Below are positions 9,345 through 17,770 of a stretch of 64,000 nucleotides of DNA, piece by piece. Both the position numbers and the translations under genes were made by a program. Within the stretch, counting starts at the first letter, position 1. Each line of letters starts with the position of its first letter. Source of the DNA: an uncultured Gammaproteobacteria bacterium (GTDB taxonomy: Bacteria > Patescibacteriota > Microgenomatia > Daviesbacterales > UBA10151); contig CAYNFQ010000003.1 of the NCBI GenBank assembly GCA_964396715.1, forward strand, positions 565-64,564. Direction: 5' to 3'. The notes beneath the pieces are model-generated. The model did not search any database. It was not told where the DNA came from and was given only the letters and a program-made list of their open reading frames with translations.

Positions 9345-10417
9345 TAAACAGCTTCTTCCATGCCAGTTGTTTCCTCTTGCGGTCCAACTACAATTTTTTC
9401 CTTACCCTCTTTTTGCTTCCCCCATGCTTCTCTTATTTCTTTCTCCAATCTTTCCGCCTCTTTTTTATTGCTCTTTAAATAATCTATTGCTGCAGACCTA
9501 CCCTGACCTAATATTTTCTCACCCCATTTTATAAAGGCTCCACTCTTTTCCAAAATTCCCAGTTCTATTCCCACATCCAAAAGTTCCCCTTCATGGGAAA
9601 TGCCATTTTCATCCATATCAAATTCGGCAATTCTAAATGGGGGAGCAACTTTATTTTTAACAACCTTTACTCTATGTCTGGAACCAACAACTTGATCACC
9701 GACTTTTATATTCTCAATTTTTCTTACATCCAGTCTTATCGATGAATAAAATTTTAAGGCCAATCCACCGGTGGTTGTTTCAGGATTTCCAAACATTACT
9801 CCGATTTTTTGCCTGAGCTGGTTGGTAAAAATAATAATTGTATTGGTATTGGAAACAGCACCGGTTAATTTTCTTAATGCTTGTGACATTAAACGCGCCT
9901 GCATTCCCATCACCGCATCTCCCATTTCACCTTCAAGTTCTGCCCTGGGAACCAAAGCCGCAACAGAGTCAATAACTAAAACATCAATTCCGCCGGATCT
10001 GATGAGTGATTCTGCAATTTCTAAGGCCTGCTCACCTGTATCAGGTTGAGAAATTAATAAATCATCCAAATTTACCCCAATTTTTTGGGCTCTTTGCGGA
10101 TCCAGGGCATGTTCTGCGTCAATAAAAGCAGCCACTCCACCCTTTTTTTGAGCCTCGGCTATAACATGCAAACACAGGGTAGTTTTTCCTCCTGCTTCCG
10201 GTCCGTAAATTTCTATAATTCGCCCCTTTGGTAAACCACCAACACCTAAGGCCAGATCAGTCGCAATAGAGCCTGTGGAGATCACCTGGGTAGTCAATTT
10301 TTCTGCTCTTTCACCAAGCCGCATGATAGAACCTGTGCCGTATTGTTTTTGGATTTGCGCTAAAGCTGCAGAGATGGCCGCTTTTTTGGCTTCGTCATTA
10401 TTGGAAGTTTGTATCAT
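9344..10417 (-). CDS. recA: Recombinase RecA
   Basis: [16 protein letters not shown] Walker A, the L1/L2 loop region and canonical RecA length. Confidence 0.95.
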   Translation of the reverse strand: MIQTSNNDEAKKAAISAALAQIQKQYGTGSIMRLGERAEKLTTQVISTGSIATDLALGVGGLPKGRIIEIYGPEAGGKTTLCLHVIAEAQKKGGVAAFIDAEHALDPQRAQKIGVNLDDLLISQPDTGEQALEIAESLIRSGGIDVLVIDSVAALVPRAELEGEMGDAVMGMQARLMSQALRKLTGAVSNTNTIIIFTNQLRQKIGVMFGNPETTTGGLALKFYSSIRLDVRKIENIKVGDQVVGSRHRVKVVKNKVAPPFRIAEFDMDENGISHEGELLDVGIELGILEKSGAFIKWGEKILGQGRSAAIDYLKSNKKEAERLEKEIREAWGKQKEGKEKIVVGPQEETTGMEEAV

Positions 10418-10724
10418 GAATCCAAATTACCAAATAAATCCCTAAGGTGTCAATACCCAAAAATTATCTTATTTTGGTGTATGGATACATAGTCGAACAG
10501 GAGCGAAGTATCTTGAACCCCTGCTTGAGTCAATTTTAACACATTGGAAACCTCTTAATATTGATTACACAAGTGTGACTCTCAACCAAATAAATGTAAC
10601 TAGAGCACAAACAAATGCGGGTGAACTTTATTATTAGTGATTAAGGTGATTGTGCTTGAACCTCTTATGTCTTTTTATAGTCTAACCCTGTTTTATCGCC
10701 GAATAGGAGTGTATAATTTAATGT

Positions 10725-10961
10725 ATGAATACTGATAACCCTAATCCAACTCCACCGAGTGACAATAGTCAGCAACAGACATCTGATTCCAGTAATAATA
10801 ACGATTCTGGTCAACCACTGGCAGATTTAGTAGATGCACTACAGTCAGTTGATACAGAGTCACCAGAAGCAGGACTAAACGCAACAAGCATAGATGACAA
10901 TAATGGAGGCAGGATAGAATTAAACGAAGATCCCTCAGATCCGAATGTTATTAAGAAGTAG
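10725..10961 (+). CDS. Small acidic hypothetical protein (island gene)
   Basis: ORF track only; low complexity, S/D/N-rich. Confidence 0.25.
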   Translation: MNTDNPNPTPPSDNSQQQTSDSSNNNDSGQPLADLVDALQSVDTESPEAGLNATSIDDNNGGRIELNEDPSDPNVIKK

Positions 10962-11364
10962 CACCTTGAACCCTATGGATATTGCTCAAACCGATCAAGA
11001 ATTACTTGAAAAAGAATTAAATACCAGTAGGCTAGATATTGACGAACTTGTTGAAGGTGATAAGGAAGTACCAATATTTCTGTCGGAATGGTTAAAAAAT
11101 GGGCTTAATGCCAGTGCAGCTTACAAAATCTTACACCCTAAAGTTAGTGATGCTTCAGCCAGAGTTTTAGGATCAAAAAAGTTAACAAAAATTAACATTT
11201 CCGCTATTTTGGCTGGATATGATCTCGGGTACAGTGATTATATCCTGGGTCTTAAAGAAGGTTTGATCGCCATGAAATTTAATGAACAAACAGGAGAAAA
11301 AGTACCAGATTACAAGGTAAGATTAGAATTTCACCGTATTTTAGGTAAATTATTAGGGTTTTAA
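10945..11364 (+). CDS. Phage terminase small subunit-like protein (P27/Terminase_2-like HTH)
   Basis: EWLKNGLNASAAYKILHPKVSDASARVLGSKKLTK matches the N-terminal HTH signature (G.NAT.AA..AGYS...A...GS.LL) of terminase small subunits. Confidence 0.45.
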   Translation: MLLRSSTLNPMDIAQTDQELLEKELNTSRLDIDELVEGDKEVPIFLSEWLKNGLNASAAYKILHPKVSDASARVLGSKKLTKINISAILAGYDLGYSDYILGLKEGLIAMKFNEQTGEKVPDYKVRLEFHRILGKLLGF

Positions 11365-11400
11365 ATAATCAACCTCTCCTTTACGAATTAAGTACAAGTT

Positions 11401-12210
11401 TTGAAAACGTTGACAAAAAGATATGCATCTAGCTATACTAAAAATAGGTTAATAAATGGATTATCTAAAGTAATTTATAAACATAGTAAAAATATGGAAC
11501 AAGGAATACCAGAAGATTTAAGTGCACTTGTTGCTCTCACAGGCGGTAGAAAGGATGATCAGCAAAGGGAGTCAGAAGGAATCAATGAATTCTTCAAAAT
11601 GTCCAAAGAACGACGTCATTTTCTTAGAGGGCACCTCGAAAAATTGGTAATGCAATATGCCTCCTCAATAAGACCGACTAAAAAGTCAGGACCACCAATA
11701 CCAGTTACAACACCTGAGGACGCACAACGAGTTATGTTTCTGCATGCTACTTACCAGTATTATCTTGATGTACTAACTGCAGCTGATATTATGGCTGACT
11801 ATCCTGATTTAGCAACTCGACGATATCCAGAACATATGTACGTGAGTGGTGACATTAGACTGTTACCACTAGGAGCAAATCCTAGACAAGCTGTCGAACA
11901 TTATCAAAATCAAGCAGCACTAAAGTTTGACCAGATTCGTGAGGCACAAGAGGAGGGGAATTGGCGTCCTCTCAAACGAGATTGGATGAGAAAAATTGAG
12001 AAACCAGAACCACTCAAATCCAGAAGAACAGGTCTAATTGGTAGTATTGAGGAAAAATGGCTAGCCGTGGCAAGGAGAGATTGGCTAAATGTTCGAATGT
12101 GGAATTTCGACAATAATTTTTATGATCTTCCATATGCTGCTCGTACTATTAATCTCATACCTGATAGAACAGAACCTGTATCTTACAGGCCAGACTTTAG
12201 ACTGAAATAG
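11401..12210 (+). CDS. Hypothetical protein (island gene)
   Basis: ORF track only; no recognisable motif. Confidence 0.25.
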   Translation: MKTLTKRYASSYTKNRLINGLSKVIYKHSKNMEQGIPEDLSALVALTGGRKDDQQRESEGINEFFKMSKERRHFLRGHLEKLVMQYASSIRPTKKSGPPIPVTTPEDAQRVMFLHATYQYYLDVLTAADIMADYPDLATRRYPEHMYVSGDIRLLPLGANPRQAVEHYQNQAALKFDQIREAQEEGNWRPLKRDWMRKIEKPEPLKSRRTGLIGSIEEKWLAVARRDWLNVRMWNFDNNFYDLPYAARTINLIPDRTEPVSYRPDFRLK

Positions 12211-12357
12211 AAATGTAAGGTTAAAGACTTTTTTCTCCTAAATCTATTTAAGTAAAAGCAAGCTCAAATACCCCAGCTTTTCCAAAACCAGATATTGTAG
12301 TATCATATTCAGGCGTAGGCTATTCAAATAACATCTCTATAATTTCTGTTACTTTAA

Positions 12358-13953
12358 ATGGATAATGAAGAAATTGATTTTACTAAGTTTAAGTATGTTC
12401 TTTATGCCCGTAAGTCTACAGATGATCCTCAGCGGCAAGTAAGATCTATAGGAGATCAGATATTTGAGTGTAAACAACTTGCTGCAAGACTTGGATTAAA
12501 TGTCATCAAGGTTTTAGAAGAAACAAAATCAGCTAAAAAGCCAAATAAGCGACCATTATTTAGACAAATGCTTAATGATCTCAAGAAAGGTCTCTATGAT
12601 GGCATATTGGCATGGAACCCAGATAGATTGGCTAGGAATATGAAAGAAGGTGGGGAGATTATAGACATGATTGATGAGGAGGAAATAAAGGATCTTAAAT
12701 TTGTTACGCATCATTTTACAAAAGATGCTAACGGAAAGATGCTACTTGGAATGTCATTTGTGCTTTCTAAACAATATAGTGACGATCTATCTCAAAAGGT
12801 AACAAGAGGAAATAAAAGAAAGCGTGCAGAGGGTAAATCATCTACACCCAAACATGGTTATATTATTACAGAGGAAGGTTATTATAAGCCTGACAAAAGA
12901 AATTTTGAATTGATTCAAACCGCATGGGAACTAAGAGCTAAAGGTGAATCCATAGAGCAAATAACAAAGTTTATGAATGATAATGATTACTCAAGAGTCA
13001 TTAAAAGGACAGGCAGAAAGGTTGACATGGATATGAGGATATTAAGTAAAATATTTAAAGATCCATTTTATTACGGAATTTTAATCCAAGCTAAACAAAC
13101 TGTTGATTTAAAAGATATATATAACTTTGTTTCAGCTACAACAGAGGATATTTATAATCAGGTTCAGCAACTTTCTTTTAGACGGCTCAGGCCTTTCAAT
13201 ATAAAACGAAGGTCTGTTTTCTATCCACTCAGAGGTATGATTATATGTTCTTTCTGCAACCATAATATGGTAGTAGGTCCATCAAAGGGCCAAGCTGGTA
13301 AAAGATTTCTCTATTACCGCTGTGATAATCCTTTTTGTACTAAAAACTCAGCAGAGAATCGTAAGAAGCATAGAAATGATCCCACAAAAATAAAGCCCTC
13401 TATTCGAGCAAGAGTAATATTTAATTTTATTTATGATCTATTAAAGGGTGGATTAGGTTTAACAGAGGAAGATTATAAGGGCTATTACGACAATTTAACC
13501 CAACTATCAGATACCACAAGAGAGAAAGTAGGGATTGAAATTCATAGTCTACAGGGAAGGCTAAAAAGACTAAATCAAGAAATAAAGGAACGCTCTTTGG
13601 AACTTGGTAAAGCTAATCAAATACCTACTGTTAAAAAAATCAATGAGGATAAGGTAATAGAACTTGAATCAGAGAAACTTGATTTAAGCAGCCAAATAGA
13701 AGAGTTTCAAGGAAAAATAACTAAACCAGAGGATGATAGGCTAAGTATAGAAGAATTCTTGAACCTCTCCAAAAATGCTGGTGCAATAATCCAATCGGCT
13801 GATGTAGTTATAAAAGATAAAATTTGTAGAGAAATTTTCTTGAACCTTACTGTTAATGAGGAGAAAGTATTGTCCTGTCAACTTCAACCTCACTTTGAGG
13901 AGATGATAAAACAACACCAACTACGTCATGGTCGAGATTTACGAAAAAGTTAG
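12358..13953 (+). CDS. Large serine recombinase (resolvase N-domain + recombinase domain + Zn-ribbon + coiled coil)
   Basis: YARKSTDDPQRQVRSIGDQI catalytic-Ser region, GILAWNPDRLARN, zinc ribbon CSFCNHNM...YYRCDNPFC, and a C-terminal coiled coil. Confidence 0.8.
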   Translation: MDNEEIDFTKFKYVLYARKSTDDPQRQVRSIGDQIFECKQLAARLGLNVIKVLEETKSAKKPNKRPLFRQMLNDLKKGLYDGILAWNPDRLARNMKEGGEIIDMIDEEEIKDLKFVTHHFTKDANGKMLLGMSFVLSKQYSDDLSQKVTRGNKRKRAEGKSSTPKHGYIITEEGYYKPDKRNFELIQTAWELRAKGESIEQITKFMNDNDYSRVIKRTGRKVDMDMRILSKIFKDPFYYGILIQAKQTVDLKDIYNFVSATTEDIYNQVQQLSFRRLRPFNIKRRSVFYPLRGMIICSFCNHNMVVGPSKGQAGKRFLYYRCDNPFCTKNSAENRKKHRNDPTKIKPSIRARVIFNFIYDLLKGGLGLTEEDYKGYYDNLTQLSDTTREKVGIEIHSLQGRLKRLNQEIKERSLELGKANQIPTVKKINEDKVIELESEKLDLSSQIEEFQGKITKPEDDRLSIEEFLNLSKNAGAIIQSADVVIKDKICREIFLNLTVNEEKVLSCQLQPHFEEMIKQHQLRHGRDLRKS

Positions 13954-14004
13954 AACCGAATTTCAAAGCTGTTAGCTCGGCCGCCTGCGGCGGCCTCGCT
14001 TCCG
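13929..14004. repeat. Inverted repeat a, left copy (76 bp, GC-rich, overlaps the last codons of the first recombinase). Its partner is 14935-15010, with 1 mismatch.
   Basis: Direct reverse-complement comparison of 13929-14004 with 14935-15010. Confidence 0.85.
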
Positions 14005-14020
14005 TTATTTTTTGCGCGCG

Positions 14021-14052
14021 CGATTTGTCTTTTTGCTGTCGCAAAAAGACCT
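14021..14052 (+). terminator. Hairpin gtctttttgc-tgtc-gcaaaaagac immediately after the first recombinase
   Basis: 10-bp stem; A/T-rich context. Confidence 0.35.
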
Positions 14053-14423
14053 TATTTAAACCCCGTGAACAGAACAATCACGAGTCCAACCATTGCCAAA
14101 AGAAAAATCGCCCAAGGAATAAAATAAACCGTTAATATTAATTTTGCTGACTTTTGATAATTTTTGATGTAAGGATCTTCGGGCAAAGGATTACTATCTT
14201 TATACCAACCATACAATTTGAGGGCAAAAACAACACTGTTTACTGGTAGCCTGGTATTTTTCCAGAAATCAGAATGTTTTTCTTCCATATACTTCCTAAA
14301 TTGTTGTGCTCGGATAGCTATAAACACAAACATGCCCGCTGTCCATACAACAACAAATAAAAAAGCTGGCATAAGCCACTGTCTGAAAAAAAATAATATA
14401 TTTAAAGTTGTATCTTGAGACAT
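14052..14423 (-). CDS. Small membrane protein (3 predicted TM helices) inside the inverted-repeat-flanked segment
   Basis: ORF track; hydrophobic segments; located between the inverted-repeat-a copies. Confidence 0.35.
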   Translation of the reverse strand: MSQDTTLNILFFFRQWLMPAFLFVVVWTAGMFVFIAIRAQQFRKYMEEKHSDFWKNTRLPVNSVVFALKLYGWYKDSNPLPEDPYIKNYQKSAKLILTVYFIPWAIFLLAMVGLVIVLFTGFK

Positions 14424-14501
14424 TTATTTAAACACCTCCTCCCGTCTAATACTTAGAATTAACTGTAATAATTATACAATTTATTATGAGTAGGCTGAGA
14501 T

Positions 14502-14516
14502 ACATCGGTAACACTT
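14502..14516. repeat. 15-bp inverted repeat c (acatcggtaacactt), partner 14706-14720; the pair flanks the 39-aa micro-ORF
   Basis: Seen directly; the chance expectation in this window is roughly 0.03. Confidence 0.5.
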
Positions 14517-14580
14517 TTCTTTTTGAACGACCCTTGCTTTTTGATTTTATCACGTCTATCTTATTCATATAGCCCAATTA

Positions 14581-14700
14581 GAACTTCTGACCCTTTTCAC
14601 TAGCTCCTGAAGCTATTTTGGTCATTTCTTGCTCAGTTGCACTGCCAACAAAGTTTAATCGTGCGATAAATTTATCAATAAATTCTTCTTTTGCCATAGA
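14581..14700 (-). CDS. Possible 39-aa micro-ORF (MAKEEFIDKFIARLNFVGSATEQEMTKIASGASEKGQKF) flanked by 15-bp inverted repeats
   Basis: Manual translation of the reverse strand. Too short for the ORF track; it may not be expressed. Confidence 0.15.
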
Positions 14701-14789
14701 TTTAGAAGTGTTACCGATGTGCCCTGCTCGTTCATATTATTGAAAAAACAAAATCAATGGAGTATTATTTTAATTGAGCTCAAGAACTG

Positions 14790-14850
14790 CGGGGATTTTT
14801 AATGGCCGTATTGGACAAGTCCTCGCGGATTTGAGCGCACCAGTACGGCC
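14790..14850. other. Long hairpin: 12-bp perfect stem (ttaatggccgta / tacggccattaa) with a 33-nt structured loop. It could be a recombination site or a small RNA.
   Basis: Seen directly. Confidence 0.4.
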
Positions 14851-14934
14851 ATTAATTTTTTATAAAGCTCTTTAAAATTTTTGCGTTTTCTTTTGAGGAT
14901 TTTACAAAAAAAATCCTTTTCGAGCCGATACGTT

Positions 14935-15010
14935 CGAAAGCGAGGCCGCCGCAGGCGGCCGAGCTAACAGCTTTGAAATTCGGTTCTAACTTTTTCGTAA
15001 ATCTCGACCA
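14935..15010. repeat. Inverted repeat a, right copy
   Basis: Reverse complement of 13929-14004 with 1 mismatch. Confidence 0.85.
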
Positions 15011-15107
15011 AAAGAGAGAAAAAGTCCGGAAAGGTGGAGGCGCTCCGTGCGCCGCCGCCCGCACGGAGCGCCGAGAAGCCCTTTTTATATTCTGCCGAGA
15101 GCTGCCG
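15008..15107. repeat. Inverted repeat b, left copy (100 bp, perfect). Its partner is 16551-16650. It contains an internal 13-bp-stem palindrome ggcgctccgtgcg/cgcacggagcgcc.
   Basis: Base-by-base reverse-complement identity over 100 nt. Confidence 0.9.
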
Positions 15108-15152
15108 GAAAAAAGAAGGAAAGAAAACGCAAAAATTTAGGAGAAACAAAAT

Positions 15153-16730
15153 ATGAACAAATACATCGCCTACTGCCGAAAATCCAGAGATGAAGCAGAC
15201 AAACAAGTTTTGTCTATCGAAGCGCAAATTGCCGAACTAAAGGAATTTGCCAGGCGAGAACATTTAGAAATTGTCGAGTTTATTGAGGAAGCCAAAACTG
15301 CCAAAATGCCAGGACGCGAGAAATTTTCCGAAGTGATTAAAAAAATCGAAAAAGGCTACGCCAATGGTATTCTCGCTTGGCACCCAGATCGTTTAGCCAG
15401 AAATTCGATGGACGGTGGAAAGATTGTCTATTTATTGGATATCGGTAAATTGGTCGATCTGAAATTCCCGACTTTCTGGTTTGACAATACCCCGCAAGGA
15501 AAATTTATGCTCTCAATCGCCTTTGGTCAATCAAAGTATTATGTAGACAATCTTTCCGAAAACGTCAAACGGGGCTTACGCCAAAAACTCCGAAACGGAG
15601 TTTGGCCAGCAAAAGCCCCTTATGGCTATGTGAACAATCCCAAAACCAGAGGCATAGATGTTGATCCTGAAAAATCAAAAGCTATTAAGCGAGCTTTTGA
15701 AATGTTTGCAGAAGGAAACCACACTTTTACAGACATAGCCAAATATCTTCGCAAGTTTGATCTGAAGCGTAAAAACGAAAAATCACTTCATATCAACGAA
15801 ATTCGGCAAATTCTCTCCAACAAGTTTTACATCGGGATTATGTTTTACAACGGCGAGTATCACGACGGAAACCATAAATGTTTTATCTCCAAAGAAATTT
15901 TTCAGGAGGCTCAAGAGGAAATAGCCAGAAGAAGCAAACATTTCAAAAAATCATACCGTTTTCCGTTTTTGGGACTTGCAAGGTGCAGCGAATGTGGTGC
16001 GGCCATCACCGCCGAACAACACATCAAGTTTTACAAAACCACTAACCGAAAAGTTAGTTATATTTACTATCGTTGTACCAAAAAACTCGGTCCGTGTTCC
16101 CAAGTTCCAATAACCAGTTTTGAGATGGAAGGACAGTTAAGAAAAGTTGTTTCTGATGTGGTGCTTCCCCAGAGTTGGGCTGACCACTGGCTGAAATTTT
16201 TGGAAAGAGATCAACAAGCTGAAAAAGAATCATCAGAAACAACTATCAAAAATCTCAAAATTGAAATTCAAGATGTAGATCGAAGGCAAAACACGCTTTT
16301 GGACAGTTATTTGGATAGTATCGTTGACCCCGAAACTTATAAATCCAAGAAAAACGAAATGTTCGAAACAAAACTTAAATTACAGGAAGAAATCGTCAAA
16401 GTTGAGGAGACGGGTTCGAGTTGGCTCGAACCTATGAGAGAGTTCATAAATTGCGCCTTACAGGCGCAAAAAATCGCGCGCGCAAAAAATAATTGCGAAG
16501 AATTAGCATTCTTCGCAAAACGTGTCGGCTCGAACTTCTTTTTATCTAATCGGCAGCTCTCGGCAGAATATAAAAAGGGCTTCTCGGCGCTCCGTGCGGG
16601 CGGCGGCGCACGGAGCGCCTCCACCTTTCCGGACTTTTTCTCTCTTTTGGTCGGGGTGACAGGAATTGAACCTGCTGCTTCACGCACCCCATGCGCGCGG
16701 TCTACCGATGACCTACACCCCGTATTCTAG
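15153..16730 (+). CDS. Large serine recombinase, second copy. The annotated 3-prime end reads through a 100-bp inverted repeat and the tRNA, so the true stop is uncertain.
   Basis: YCRKSRDEADKQVLSIEAQI, GILAWHPDRLARN, zinc ribbon CSECGAA...YYRCTKKLGPC, C-terminal coiled coil. Confidence 0.75.
   Translation: MNKYIAYCRKSRDEADKQVLSIEAQIAELKEFARREHLEIVEFIEEAKTAKMPGREKFSEVIKKIEKGYANGILAWHPDRLARNSMDGGKIVYLLDIGKLVDLKFPTFWFDNTPQGKFMLSIAFGQSKYYVDNLSENVKRGLRQKLRNGVWPAKAPYGYVNNPKTRGIDVDPEKSKAIKRAFEMFAEGNHTFTDIAKYLRKFDLKRKNEKSLHINEIRQILSNKFYIGIMFYNGEYHDGNHKCFISKEIFQEAQEEIARRSKHFKKSYRFPFLGLARCSECGAAITAEQHIKFYKTTNRKVSYIYYRCTKKLGPCSQVPITSFEMEGQLRKVVSDVVLPQSWADHWLKFLERDQQAEKESSETTIKNLKIEIQDVDRRQNTLLDSYLDSIVDPETYKSKKNEMFETKLKLQEEIVKVEETGSSWLEPMREFINCALQAQKIARAKNNCEELAFFAKRVGSNFFLSNRQLSAEYKKGFSALRAGGGARSASTFPDFFSLLVGVTGIEPAASRTPCARSTDDLHPVF
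16551..16650. repeat. Inverted repeat b, right copy; it abuts/overlaps the CCA end of tRNA-Pro
   Basis: Perfect reverse complement of 15008-15107. Confidence 0.9.
16648..16722 (-). tRNA. tRNA-Pro (anticodon GGG)
   Basis: The reverse complement CGGGGTGTAGGTCATCGGTAGACCGCGCGCATGGGGTGCGTGAAGCAGCAGGTTCAATTCCTGTCACCCCGACCA folds as a cloverleaf: 7-bp acceptor stem CGGGGTG/CACCCCG, D-stem GGTC/GACC, anticodon loop AUGGGGU, T-arm GCAGG-TTCAATT-CCTGT, encoded CCA. Confidence 0.75.
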
Positions 16731-16762
16731 TATTTTACCACTCGCCTGACTATAATTTAACT

Positions 16763-17551
16763 ATGAAATTAATATCCTTAAATACCTGGGGCGGGAAATA
16801 TTTTGAGCCTTTGGCAAACTTTATAAAACAACATTCTAAAGATTCCGATATTTTTTGTTTCCAGGAAATATACAATACCAGATCAAATATTAAACAATAT
16901 AAAAATATAATCATGACCAATTTACTGAATGAATTAAAAGATATCTTAACTGATTTTCAGGTCTTTTATTTTCCAATTCTGTCCGGATTTGATGATCAGG
17001 CGGATCCCGTGACTTTTGACCTAACCTGTGGCCTTGCAATATTCATAAAGAAGAACATCCGGATAATTTCATATAAGGATTATTTTATATACCAGGATCC
17101 TAGCTTCACTGCTTTAAAAAAAGACTTTTCAAATCTTGCAACGCCACTTCAACAAATAAGCTTTAATTTAAAGGGTAAAACTATCTCTGTTTTTAACTTT
17201 CATGGAACACCCTTCCCTGCTGATAAATTGGACTCTCCAAACCGTTTGGAAGAAGCAGAAAAAGTTAAAGATATTGTTGCAAAATCAGCAGATGGGAAAA
17301 TTTTGGTTGGTGATTTTAACCTACTTCCCCAAACAGAATGTATAAAAATTATTGGACAAAATATGCGGAATTTAATCGAGGAATTTAATATAGAAAGAAC
17401 CAGAAGTAACTTAAGTCCTTACTTTAAAAAACCACATTTTCAACTCTTTGCAGATTATGTTTTCGTAACAAGTGATGTTGAGATAAAAGATTTTCAAGTT
17501 CAGGAAGTGGAAATTTCAGACCACTTACCAATGATTTTGGCATTTGATTAA
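16763..17551 (+). CDS. Endonuclease/exonuclease/phosphatase (EEP) family protein
   Basis: N-terminal MKLISLNTWGG and C-terminal SDHLPM motifs typical of EEP-fold enzymes. Confidence 0.4.
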   Translation: MKLISLNTWGGKYFEPLANFIKQHSKDSDIFCFQEIYNTRSNIKQYKNIIMTNLLNELKDILTDFQVFYFPILSGFDDQADPVTFDLTCGLAIFIKKNIRIISYKDYFIYQDPSFTALKKDFSNLATPLQQISFNLKGKTISVFNFHGTPFPADKLDSPNRLEEAEKVKDIVAKSADGKILVGDFNLLPQTECIKIIGQNMRNLIEEFNIERTRSNLSPYFKKPHFQLFADYVFVTSDVEIKDFQVQEVEISDHLPMILAFD

Positions 17552-17713
17552 AATGAAGCTGATGGTTCTGTTTATATAGAAGCAGAAGGAAATAAAGAAA
17601 AATTGGATCAATTTTTAGATTGGTGCAAAACTGGCCCTACTTTGGCTAAAGTTGAAAGAATTCAAATAAGCCAAGGGCAATTAAAAAATTTCACAGAGTT
17701 CTATATAAACTAG
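17552..17713 (+). pseudogene. Acylphosphatase C-terminal fragment (no start codon, N-terminal half missing)
   Basis: Translation NEADGSVYIEAEGNKEKLDQFLDWCKTGPTLAKVERIQISQ matches the N..DGSV...A.G....L..F...C..GP..A.V part of acylphosphatases. It lacks the VxGxVQGVxFR half. Confidence 0.4.
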
Positions 17714-17770
17714 GAGATTATTTTGGATTGTTGGAAGCTATTTATCTCCTGGGGTTGGTTTACCATATTA

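Larger units (their letters stand above)
10430..16650. mobile_element. Integrated element / prophage remnant inserted next to tRNA-Pro. It contains a terminase-small-subunit-like gene and two large serine recombinases with inverted-repeat architecture.
   Basis: Bounded by recA on one side and a tRNA on the other; recombinase genes; phage-like small genes; GC-rich inverted repeats abutting the tRNA 3-prime end. Confidence 0.55.

Noticed and set aside
10481-10560. tRNA-like sequence near the recA-proximal island border; also 20040-20122
   Set aside because: No cloverleaf could be folded (no T-arm/acceptor complementarity). Only a short similarity to the tRNA-Pro T-arm was seen, which is kept as a possible att remnant within the island finding.
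14964-15227. ORF on the minus strand whose peptide duplicates the C-terminal peptide of recombinase 2 (RQLSAEYKKGFSALRAGGGARSASTFPDFFSLL)
   Set aside because: Both are simply translations of the two copies of the 100-bp inverted repeat. Neither stretch is likely to be genuine coding sequence.
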